A stretch of 24,399 bases of DNA, taken from an uncultured Pseudomonadales bacterium (GTDB lineage: Bacteria; Pseudomonadota; Gammaproteobacteria; Pseudomonadales; Oleiphilaceae). Made by a program: the position numbers and the translations under genes. Positions 1 through 7,405 of the stretch are shown one piece after another; within the stretch, counting starts at the first letter, position 1; every line of letters starts with the position of its first letter. The stretch covers positions 1 to 24,399 of the forward strand of contig CAYXVO010000002.1 of assembly GCA_964467875.1 (NCBI GenBank), in the 5' to 3' direction. A model generated the notes under the pieces. The model made no database searches and was not told where the DNA came from. It saw only the letters and a program-made list of their open reading frames with translations.

Positions 1-1255
1 TGATTTTGCCGATTAGCAGGCCCGGCTCGCCCTTCTTGACCCGTTCCATGCAGCCCTTGGCATTGCGAATGGGATCGCGGGTGCACTCGTGGTATTTCAC
101 CAGGGCGAACGGTGCCGTGGAGAATCCGACGGTGTTGTCCATGTTGAGCAGGTTGCTGAAGCCGATGTTGCCTTCCGAGGAGGCATAGAGTTCGGCGACC
201 TGCTCGATCCCGAAGCGCTCCTTGAAGGGCTTCCAGATGGACGGGCGCAAGCCATTGCCGACCATCTTGCGCAGGCTGTGAGTGCGCTCGGCCGGTTGCG
301 GCGGCTGGTTTAGCAGGTAACGGCACAGCTCGCCCACATAGCCAAAGCAGGTGGCCTGGTACTTGTGAACGTCGGCCCAGAACTCGGTGGCGGAGAAGCG
401 CCGGCGCAGTGCCAGTGTCGATGAGCCGGCCAGCGCCGCGCCCCAGCACACCAGCAGGGCGGTCGCGTGGTAGAACGGCAACGTCACGTAGATGACGTCC
501 TCGGGCTTCATGTTAAGCGCGATCAGGCCAAAGCTGCCGTAGGCCTTGAACCACTTCTTGTGATTGATCGGCGTCGCCTTGGGCAGCCCCGTGGTGCCTG
601 ACGTGAACAGATACATGGCGGTATCCCCCAGTTGCACCGGCGCACTGGGCGTCGGGTTGGAGGACGGGCATTTGGCGATGCTGTCCGCCAGATTGACGTA
701 GCCCCGGGGCGCCGTGCCCGGATCAACCAGGGTATTGGTGTCGGCGAGGTAGAGAAGACTGTTGGCGTGGGCCACGTTCAGCTGGTTTTTAACCGTTTCA
801 AAGTTTTCGAGTAATTCCTCACCCACCACAAACATCTTGGGCCCGGTAATCGCGATGCTGTGCTCCAGCACCTTGCCTTTCTGCGAGGTGTTGAGCATGG
901 CGGCGGCCGCGCCCAGCTTGTTGATTCCGATCAGGGCCGCCAGCAGCTCCGGGCGATTTTCCAGGTAGAGCGCAACCACGTCGCCGTGGCCAATGCCCTG
1001 GGCATGGAAATAATGAGCAAAGCGATTGGCCCACTCATTGAACTGGCGATAGCTAATGCGGACATCCTGATAAAGGATGGCGGCATTGTCTCCCAGGGTA
1101 TCGGCAATTTCCTCGATCTTCTGCCCAATGGACAGGGGCTTCGCCGCATTTTTGATGGAGTAGTAATAGTACCCCCGGGCGATCGAGGGCAGTCTCGTCA
1201 GCAGATTGGGTACCTGCTTGAACACATCCTTGGCGGTAACGGCATCGGTGGTCAT
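1..1255 (-). CDS. Long-chain acyl-CoA synthetase, FATP/SLC27 (FadD6-like) family; 3' end runs off the window
   Basis: Manually translated from ATG at 1255 (MTTDAVTAKDVFKQVPNLL...). It is absent from the ORF track because it has no stop in the window. Contains the AMP-binding motif YLFTSGTTGLPKA and the FATP motifs TLPFYHA, RRRFSATEFWADV, YVGELCRYL, GNGLRP and ELYASSEGN. A purine-rich RBS (GGGAAGGG) lies upstream. Confidence 0.93.
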   Translation of the reverse strand, partial: MTTDAVTAKDVFKQVPNLLTRLPSIARGYYYYSIKNAAKPLSIGQKIEEIADTLGDNAAILYQDVRISYRQFNEWANRFAHYFHAQGIGHGDVVALYLENRPELLAALIGINKLGAAAAMLNTSQKGKVLEHSIAITGPKMFVVGEELLENFETVKNQLNVAHANSLLYLADTNTLVDPGTAPRGYVNLADSIAKCPSSNPTPSAPVQLGDTAMYLFTSGTTGLPKATPINHKKWFKAYGSFGLIALNMKPEDVIYVTLPFYHATALLVCWGAALAGSSTLALRRRFSATEFWADVHKYQATCFGYVGELCRYLLNQPPQPAERTHSLRKMVGNGLRPSIWKPFKERFGIEQVAELYASSEGNIGFSNLLNMDNTVGFSTAPFALVKYHECTRDPIRNAKGCMERVKKGEPGLLIGKI

Positions 1256-1586
1256 GGTCGTGTAATTCCCTTCCCTACTATCAATCTTGTTGTGCCGACC
1301 CGGCCTGCTCGTACTGATGGCCGAATCGTGGGCAGTTGGAAAAAAGATGTCACTCCGGCACCGGAACAGCGGTATAGGGTGGAGTAAATTCTGACGCGTG
1401 TCGCCAGGGTATCCGAGAGCAGGGTGGCACGCATTGGCGATAAAGACAGCCTTTGGGGGAATTTCGGCCAGTCGCTGTGGCACGACGGCTATGGTGCGAC
1501 GCAGTGGGGGATGCCCGACCACCCTGGTCGGACAAGGCCGGACCCGATGATTAAAATTTGTGCCAAGGCGCTGGTGCCGGACTCGG

Positions 1587-1628
1587 TAGAGGTTCCAGGC
1601 TTGATAGAGGTTCCAGACTTGATAGTGG
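1587..1628 (+). repeat. 18-bp tandem repeat, about 2.3 copies
   Basis: TAGAGGTTCCAGGCTTGA (1587-1604), TAGAGGTTCCAGACTTGA (1605-1622), then partial TAGTGG. The two full copies match at 17/18 positions. Confidence 0.9.
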
Positions 1629-1661
1629 AGCTCGTATGACTCAAGACATGGATACGTCGCG

Positions 1662-2360
1662 ATGAATTGCAACGTCTTCTTGGTGGATGATCACACTCTG
1701 GTACGGGTGGCTCTGCGTGGCTTGCTGGAGTGCATTGAAGGGGTGCGGGTGATCGGTGAAGCCGGAGATGGATGGGCGGCTGTCGAACAGGTCCAGGGTT
1801 TGAATCCGGATCTTGTGTTGCTGGATGTCGAGCTGCCGTTGCTGAACGGTATCGAGGTGCTGGTCCAGATGAAGCGGGGGCGGCCGAATCTGCGGATCAT
1901 GATGCTGTCGATGTACGACAGTCAGGAAACGGTGATCCAGGCGTTACGTGCGGGGGCCTGCGGTTATCTGCTCAAAGGCGCGCAGGCGGTCGAGTTGGAG
2001 CTGGCGCTGGGCGCGGCCATGCGTGGTGAACGTTATCTAAGCTCGCGGCTTTCCAAGCCGGTGCTGGATCGCTTGCTGAATCCGGTGCCGGATGCGGTGG
2101 CGACCGACACTGCGGATCTTACCCCGCGTCAGACCCAGATCCTGGCCCTGATCGCCCAGGGGCGGGCGGCCAAGGAAATCGCGTTCGAACTGAACCTGAG
2201 CGTGAAGACCGTGGCGTCGCACCGGGCTCAGATCATGCGCCGCCTGGATATTCATGATGTGGCGGGGCTGGTGCTCTATGCCGTGCGCCAAGGGTTGATT
2301 CCGCTCGAGAACAACGGCAACCGGCGCGCCCAACGGCCAAGCTTAGTAGTACCGAGATAA
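1662..2360 (+). CDS. NarL/FixJ-family response regulator (REC + LuxR-type HTH)
   Basis: REC domain has VFLVDDH, the phospho-acceptor in DLVLLD, and GYLLK. C-terminal LuxR HTH is LTPRQTQILALIAQG...KEIAFELNLSVKTVASHRAQIMRRL. Confidence 0.95.
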   Translation: MNCNVFLVDDHTLVRVALRGLLECIEGVRVIGEAGDGWAAVEQVQGLNPDLVLLDVELPLLNGIEVLVQMKRGRPNLRIMMLSMYDSQETVIQALRAGACGYLLKGAQAVELELALGAAMRGERYLSSRLSKPVLDRLLNPVPDAVATDTADLTPRQTQILALIAQGRAAKEIAFELNLSVKTVASHRAQIMRRLDIHDVAGLVLYAVRQGLIPLENNGNRRAQRPSLVVPR

Positions 2361-2420
2361 CCCGCAGTTCAGCCTAAACAGCAGTGCCAGAGAACGCGCA
2401 CGTCAACATTAACAGCAGCT

Positions 2421-2456
2421 CAACAGATACCGCGGTTCAAACAGATACAGCCGTTC
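2421..2456 (+). repeat. 18-bp imperfect tandem duplication in an A/C-rich leader
   Basis: CAACAGATACCGCGGTTC followed by AAACAGATACAGCCGTTC; 15/18 identical. Confidence 0.75.
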
Positions 2457-2520
2457 AGTAGAGACAAAACAGAGACAACCATCCGGGATTAACAACAAGA
2501 ACGAGTCTGGGGGTGTTGCC

Positions 2521-4080
2521 ATGGTCAGAGCAAGGACTTGGTCTTTGCGTACACGCGTGATTGGTTTGGTGCTGGTGATCATCCTGGCGCTGCTGCTATT
2601 TCTGGTGGGGCGCACCACGACCTGGCTCAGTGGATGGAGCAGTGGATGGCTCGGCGTGCCGATAGTCGGCATGGGGCTGGCGCTTCTGTGGCAGACGCTC
2701 AAGCCCTACGACGCAGTGGCCCAGCAGTTGACCGGCATGCTCGCCGGACGCCGTTCGGTGCGAGCAGGCGCGACTGAGGCGGCGGGCGGCTGCGATGGGC
2801 TGGCGCGGCAATTGACCAATGTGCGTCTGGAGCTGCACGAACTTCGAGGTGAATCCGAACGGTACCGGCATCAATACCGGGATCTGCTCGAGCGGATGCC
2901 GCTGGCGGTGTTGTCTCTGGATGCAGAGCAGCGTGTGGTCTACGCCAACCCTCAGTTCGAGGCTTTGACGGGGCTGCACGCGACCGACCTGCAGCGTCAG
3001 CACTGGAGCCAGATCCTGGTGCCGGACGACCGCTCCCTGATGGCATTGTACTGGCAGGATCTGCTGGTGGGTGGTGGGCACCGTGGCATCCGCCTGCAGC
3101 GGCACGATGGGCAGGCGCGCTGGGTCGAGGTCCGGCTCTGCCCGCTGGGAAACCCGCGGGGCGAAGCGGGCTGTCTGGTGATCCTGCAGGATCTGACGGT
3201 CGAGAAGCAGGCGCTGGATCTGTTGCACCTGGAACGGCGTAAGGCCATGGCGGTGCTGGATAACGTGGCTGATGCGGTGTTTCTGGCGGATGACGCGGAC
3301 TTCCTCCTGTATCTGAACCAGAGCGCCCTGCGCCTGCTGGGGCAGGCGGCGGAAACGCTGGTGGGCCAGCCTCTGGCGGTGGTTCTGCGGCTACAGGATG
3401 ATGCAGGTTCTGCCTCTGTGGAAGAGCAAGGGCGGGGCTACCGGCTGGAAACCGCGGACGGTCGTCAGGTGTCCGTGCGGCTGCGGCTCATTCCCGTGCG
3501 GGATGAGGAAGCCGATGCTGGCTATCGCATCTATCTGGTTCGCCCCTTGCGTGGTGCGCAAGAGGTCGCGCAGGATCGGCTGGCCCAGGACCCATTGACG
3601 GGGCTGGCCAGTGCTCTGGTGTTCGAGGCACGCCTGGTCGAGGCATTGGCTGCGTCACGCCAGGGCACCAGCCCCAGTGTACTGGCGCTGGTGGATCTGG
3701 ATCATTTTCGCGGCATTAATGAGCAAGGTGGGCACGGGGCGGGTGATGCGGTACTGTGCGAGGTGGCACGGATTCTGGCCAGTCGCCTGCGCCAGGGAGA
3801 TCTGGTGGCGCGCCTGGGCGCGGATGAATTCGGCTTGCTCCTGAGCGGCTGTGACAGCCAGCAGGCGCTACCGCTGGTGGAGGCGTTGCGGGCCGAGCTT
3901 GAGCAGCAACGCCTGCAGTGGAATGGCCAGGAGTACCGGATGACGGCCAGTATTGGCGTCACGGAAATCGGGGCCACTGACCAGGCTCTGGACGGAATTT
4001 TGCGACGTGCCGATGAAGGCTGTGCCCGGGCCAAGGCCCAGGGGCGTAACTTGATCAGGTTGGTGCCCTGGGTTGCCTGA
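2521..4080 (+). CDS. Membrane-anchored PAS-PAS-GGDEF protein (diguanylate cyclase-like, GADEF variant)
   Basis: Two N-terminal hydrophobic helices, then two PAS-like segments (VVYANPQFEALTG; LLYLNQSALRLLG). The GGDEF domain has DPLTGL, DLDHFRGINEQGGHGAGD, RQGD (I-site), ARLGADEF, TASIGV and ADEGCARAKAQGRN. Confidence 0.92.
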   Translation: MVRARTWSLRTRVIGLVLVIILALLLFLVGRTTTWLSGWSSGWLGVPIVGMGLALLWQTLKPYDAVAQQLTGMLAGRRSVRAGATEAAGGCDGLARQLTNVRLELHELRGESERYRHQYRDLLERMPLAVLSLDAEQRVVYANPQFEALTGLHATDLQRQHWSQILVPDDRSLMALYWQDLLVGGGHRGIRLQRHDGQARWVEVRLCPLGNPRGEAGCLVILQDLTVEKQALDLLHLERRKAMAVLDNVADAVFLADDADFLLYLNQSALRLLGQAAETLVGQPLAVVLRLQDDAGSASVEEQGRGYRLETADGRQVSVRLRLIPVRDEEADAGYRIYLVRPLRGAQEVAQDRLAQDPLTGLASALVFEARLVEALAASRQGTSPSVLALVDLDHFRGINEQGGHGAGDAVLCEVARILASRLRQGDLVARLGADEFGLLLSGCDSQQALPLVEALRAELEQQRLQWNGQEYRMTASIGVTEIGATDQALDGILRRADEGCARAKAQGRNLIRLVPWVA

Positions 4081-4144
4081 TAACCGTGGCCGTTTGCCTG
4101 ATAAGATAGCCAATCGTCGTGCAAACATGCAGTGAGGAGGCCGT

Positions 4145-5131
4145 ATGGGCTTGTTGGTGAATGGACAATGGGTGGATCAGTGGTACGACACGGAAGCCAG
4201 TGGGGGAGAATTCCAGCGGGAGTCAGCCCAGTTCCGGAACTGGCTGACCGCCGATGGCTCGCCTGGACCTGTTGGACAGGGCGGCTTCCCAGCGGCCTCC
4301 GGGCGTTATCATCTGTATGTGTCGCTGGCGTGCCCGTGGGCGCACCGGACCCTGATTTTTCGCCACCTGAAAGGCTTGCAACCGCATATAGGTGTGTCGG
4401 TGGTGCATCCCCACATGCTGAAGAGTGGCTGGGAGCTGCGTCACGACGATGGCTCGAGTAGTGATGATCTTTACCGCCTGAACTGTCTCTATCAGCTGTA
4501 TCTCCGGGCCAATGCCGGGTATAGCGGGCGCGTGACCGTGCCCGTGCTCTGGGACAAGCAGCGCGAAACCATCGTCAGCAATGAATCCGCCGACATCATC
4601 CGCATGTTCAACCAGGCCTTTGACGGCATCACGGGCAATACCCTGGACTTCTATCCGGACGCGCTGCGCGCCGAGATCGACGAACTCAACGCCGACATCT
4701 ATGAAACGGTGAACAATGGCGTTTACCGGGCGGGCTTCGCCACCTCCCAGGAGGCCTATGAGGAAGCCTTCGGTCGTCTGTTTGCGACCCTGGACCGGCT
4801 GGATACGCGGCTTGGACGGCAACGCTACCTGACGGGGGCACAGCTGACGGAGGCGGACTGGCGGCTGTTCACGACGCTGGTGCGATTCGACGCGGTGTAC
4901 TTCGGGCACTTCAAGTGCAATCTGCGGCGCATTGCGGATTATCCCCATCTGTCCGGCTATCTGAGAGATCTGTACCAGCAGTCGGGGATCGCCGACACGG
5001 TGAACTTTTGTCATATCAAACAGCATTACTACTACAGCCATGACACCATCAATCCCACCCGCATCGTGCCACTCGGCCCGGCGCTGGATCTGGCGGCAGC
5101 TCATGAGCGCGCGGAGCTCCTTAACAGGTGA
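4145..5131 (+). CDS. yqjG: Glutathionyl-hydroquinone reductase / omega-like glutathione S-transferase (YqjG/ECM4 family)
   Basis: N-terminus MGLLVNGQW, F.RESAQFRNW, catalytic YVSLACPWAHR, RVTVPVLWDK, IVSNESADI, INPTRIVP. Strong RBS GAGGAGG upstream. Confidence 0.95.
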   Translation: MGLLVNGQWVDQWYDTEASGGEFQRESAQFRNWLTADGSPGPVGQGGFPAASGRYHLYVSLACPWAHRTLIFRHLKGLQPHIGVSVVHPHMLKSGWELRHDDGSSSDDLYRLNCLYQLYLRANAGYSGRVTVPVLWDKQRETIVSNESADIIRMFNQAFDGITGNTLDFYPDALRAEIDELNADIYETVNNGVYRAGFATSQEAYEEAFGRLFATLDRLDTRLGRQRYLTGAQLTEADWRLFTTLVRFDAVYFGHFKCNLRRIADYPHLSGYLRDLYQQSGIADTVNFCHIKQHYYYSHDTINPTRIVPLGPALDLAAAHERAELLNR

Positions 5132-5380
5132 TTACCTGACGACCTGTAAAATTTTCCGACCTCGGCCTCAGGCTTTGTAATTCTTGCTGTCCCGCCCCGT
5201 CAAATAGCCAGATTTTGCCTGGTCTGCGCGTTGAATTCTGCACTAAATATCTGTTATCAAAGCGCGTTCTGGAATTGGCCTGGGATGTGCTCTTTATCAG
5301 CCTGTAAGCCATAAGAAGGCGCGGGGCCGGTCCTGGCATTGCCTGGGGCGGGTGTTCCCGAGCCAAAAAAGGAGACGTCT

Positions 5381-5557
5381 ATGCTTTACTGGGCTCTGAT
5401 ATTTTTTGTCGTCGCAATCGTGGCGGGTTTGTTTGGATTTGGAGGCATTGCCGGGACTGCGGCGAGCATTGCCCAAATTCTGTTCTTTGTGTTTCTCGTG
5501 TTGCTGGTGGTATCGCTGATTGCTCATGTGATGAAGGGGCGACCACCACGGTTTTAA
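5381..5557 (+). CDS. ytjA: DUF1328 (YtjA/UPF0391) small membrane protein
   Basis: [46 protein letters not shown] is the family signature. RBS AAGGAG precedes the ATG at 5381. Confidence 0.93.
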   Translation: MLYWALIFFVVAIVAGLFGFGGIAGTAASIAQILFFVFLVLLVVSLIAHVMKGRPPRF

Positions 5558-5735
5558 CAGCAAACCAAGGTAACCGGGAAACTGAAGACCCTGACCATTC
5601 CTGTGCGGCGGATGCGAACCCGCTGTGGGCATGTTCCGGTTGTAGCATGATCCTGTAATAGCCGTCACAACGCCCTGGATGTCGCTGCCGTGCTCTGGAT
5701 GGTCTTTCACCCAGGAAGAAAATGGAGAAAAGCCT

Positions 5736-5927
5736 ATGAACGCTGATATTGCCGAAGCCAAGTGGAAGCAACTGAAGGGTAACCTGAAGCAGCAGTGGGG
5801 CAAGTTGACCGACGATGATCTTGATCGCATCAACGGCAAGCGGGAAGAGTGGGCCGGCATCATGCAGGAGCGGTATGGCATGGGAAAGGAAGAGGCCCAA
5901 CGTGAATTTGAGAAATTCAACCACTGA
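5736..5927 (+). CDS. yjbJ: CsbD/YjbJ-family general stress protein
   Basis: MNADIAEAKWKQLKGNLKQQWGKLTDDDLDRINGKREEWAGIMQERYG matches the CsbD pattern (W.Q.KG..K..WGKLTDDDL). RBS GGAG precedes the ATG at 5736. Confidence 0.93.
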   Translation: MNADIAEAKWKQLKGNLKQQWGKLTDDDLDRINGKREEWAGIMQERYGMGKEEAQREFEKFNH

Positions 5928-6027
5928 ATGATGATTCCGTGCTTTGAGATCACGCGTAAAGCGCAACCCCCCGCGGCATCGTGAGGCGCTACTGCCCAGG
6001 ACAGCAGACCTGTTTGATGCTGACATT

Positions 6028-6052
6028 AAGCCCGCCTTGTGCGGGCTTTTTT
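6028..6052 (+). terminator. Rho-independent terminator after ytjA-csbD
   Basis: Stem AAGCCCGC / GCGGGCTT with a 5-nt loop (CTTGT), followed by a T-run. Confidence 0.88.
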
Positions 6053-6165
6053 AGGTGTGCAGGTTGGACTCGGTGCCAGGGCCGAGCGTAATCTGATACC
6101 TGAACGACACCTGAATCCGGACGACTCCTGCGACGGGTATAGCACCCGCGAAGGCACTTTCAGCC

Positions 6166-6540
6166 ATGTCCTATTATCTGGCGGCAAACCTGGTTGCTCT
6201 GCTTCATTTTGGCTTCGTGCTGTTTGTCGTGGCGGGCGGACTGTTGGTCTGGCGCTGGCCGGCTCTGGCCTGGATGCATGTGCCAGCGGTGCTGTGGGGG
6301 ACGCTGGTGATCTCACTGGGCTGGGTTTGCCCACTGACGCCGCTGGAGAATACGCTGCTAAACCAGGCGGGCATGAATGGCTACCAGGGCGGATTCGTGG
6401 AGCGCTACATCATGGCGGTCATCTATCCGGAAGGTTTGACGCGCCGCATTCAGATCCTGCTGGGTGGCCTGGTCGCCGCCGTCAACCTGATGGTGTACGG
6501 CGGCTTACTGTACCGCCACAGAAATCGATACCGGAGTTGA
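6166..6540 (+). CDS. DUF2784-family membrane protein
   Basis: A.LV..LHFGFVLFVV.GGLL, HVPAVLWG, W.CPLTPLEN, GY.GGFVERYI...IYPEGLT: the typical DUF2784 pattern. Confidence 0.88.
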   Translation: MSYYLAANLVALLHFGFVLFVVAGGLLVWRWPALAWMHVPAVLWGTLVISLGWVCPLTPLENTLLNQAGMNGYQGGFVERYIMAVIYPEGLTRRIQILLGGLVAAVNLMVYGGLLYRHRNRYRS

Positions 6541-6595
6541 TGATGTCTTTGCTGTGGCCTTGGCTATGACGGTGGCTGCGAGCTTCGCGATGGTT

Positions 6596-7162
6596 TTAGT
6601 GGGGGACGCCAGCGCCGGTGCCTGCCAGTAGACGGCGATCGTCCGGCGTGGCGGGGAGATTCACAAATTCCAGGTGACTGCTGAGCAGATCCAGTGCCTG
6701 GTGGTGCTTGCGTAACAGTCGCGCGTCACGGGTCTGGTAATGCAGCAACTGCGCATGGTGGCGGTCGGACACACCGGCAAACACATGAATGACCGGACGC
6801 CGGTGTTCATCCTGGGTGACTACGCCGAGAATCCGGATCTCAAGGCGCTTTTCGCCGGTGAAGCGTGGTGGCAATTGCTGAACCACGCCTTTCGCCGAGG
6901 GTTCGATTTCCCGGATGGCGCTGCGAAACCAACCCGCGGGAGTACGGTGAAGGCGCTGGGTGGGATGTACCCGCAGTGCCGCTTCCTCAGTGTTGGTATC
7001 CGGGGCCTGGTAGGCGGCAATGTTGACATCATCCAGGCGCTGCCAGCCGTCCGGCAGGACGAACCGGAGCCGGCCCACCTGCTCCAGGGCCTGCGAGGTG
7101 AGGGGGGTGATCAACAGAAAAAGACCGATTACGGCCGTGGCAAGTCCTCGTCCTGAAGACAT
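6596..7162 (-). CDS. Exported hypothetical protein (possible PsbP/DcrB-like fold)
   Basis: RBS AAGGAG before the ATG at 7162. Sec-type signal ending ...TSQA, followed by LRFVLPDGW. The fold assignment is inference only. Confidence 0.7.
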   Translation of the reverse strand: MSSGRGLATAVIGLFLLITPLTSQALEQVGRLRFVLPDGWQRLDDVNIAAYQAPDTNTEEAALRVHPTQRLHRTPAGWFRSAIREIEPSAKGVVQQLPPRFTGEKRLEIRILGVVTQDEHRRPVIHVFAGVSDRHHAQLLHYQTRDARLLRKHHQALDLLSSHLEFVNLPATPDDRRLLAGTGAGVPH

Positions 7163-7405
7163 GGCAGCTCCTTGCTGACTAGCAGGCTTTCATGCAGTTC
7201 CGCCATGTCTGTCAAAGCTGGCGCGAAGCCGGCACGGACGGCAGCCTGGGCGGAACGATGACTAAATACTACTGATGCGGCGGCTGTGGGTTCAACGTGT
7301 AGCAGGCGCTGACCGCAGGAAATTTTGCGAAGCCCTCCTCAATTTTGCATCGGGTCTGTGTCGTAAGCAGCCTTTGGCTGCGCCCGCAAGCAGCTGACGC
7401 GGGCG

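Noticed and set aside
860-1387. 175-aa + strand ORF
   Set aside because: Antisense to the acyl-CoA synthetase, which the ORF track missed because it is truncated.
1425-1439. Sigma54 promoter TGGCACGCATTGGCG
   Set aside because: The -24 half is good, but the GC is one base too close and TTGC is absent; sigma54 spacing is strict.
1424-1639. 71-aa ORF with an EVPGLI/EVPDLI repeat
   Set aside because: No RBS or family signature. The repeat is explained by the 18-bp DNA duplication. It cannot be fully excluded without ribosome profiling.
2628-2651. 12-bp near-duplication CAGTGGATGG(AG/CT) encoding SGW-S-SGW
   Set aside because: A short in-frame duplication in an inter-helix loop with no independent significance; counted only in the window-wide repeat observation.
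4223-5104. 293-aa antisense ORF
   Set aside because: Mirror frame of yqjG, which has a clear family signature and RBS.
5303-5320. GacA box (TGTAAG-N6-CTTACA)
   Set aside because: Only the left half-site TGTAAG is present.
5297-5953. 218-aa - strand ORF spanning ytjA and csbD
   Set aside because: It overlaps two well-supported small genes on the opposite strand and has non-protein-like composition.
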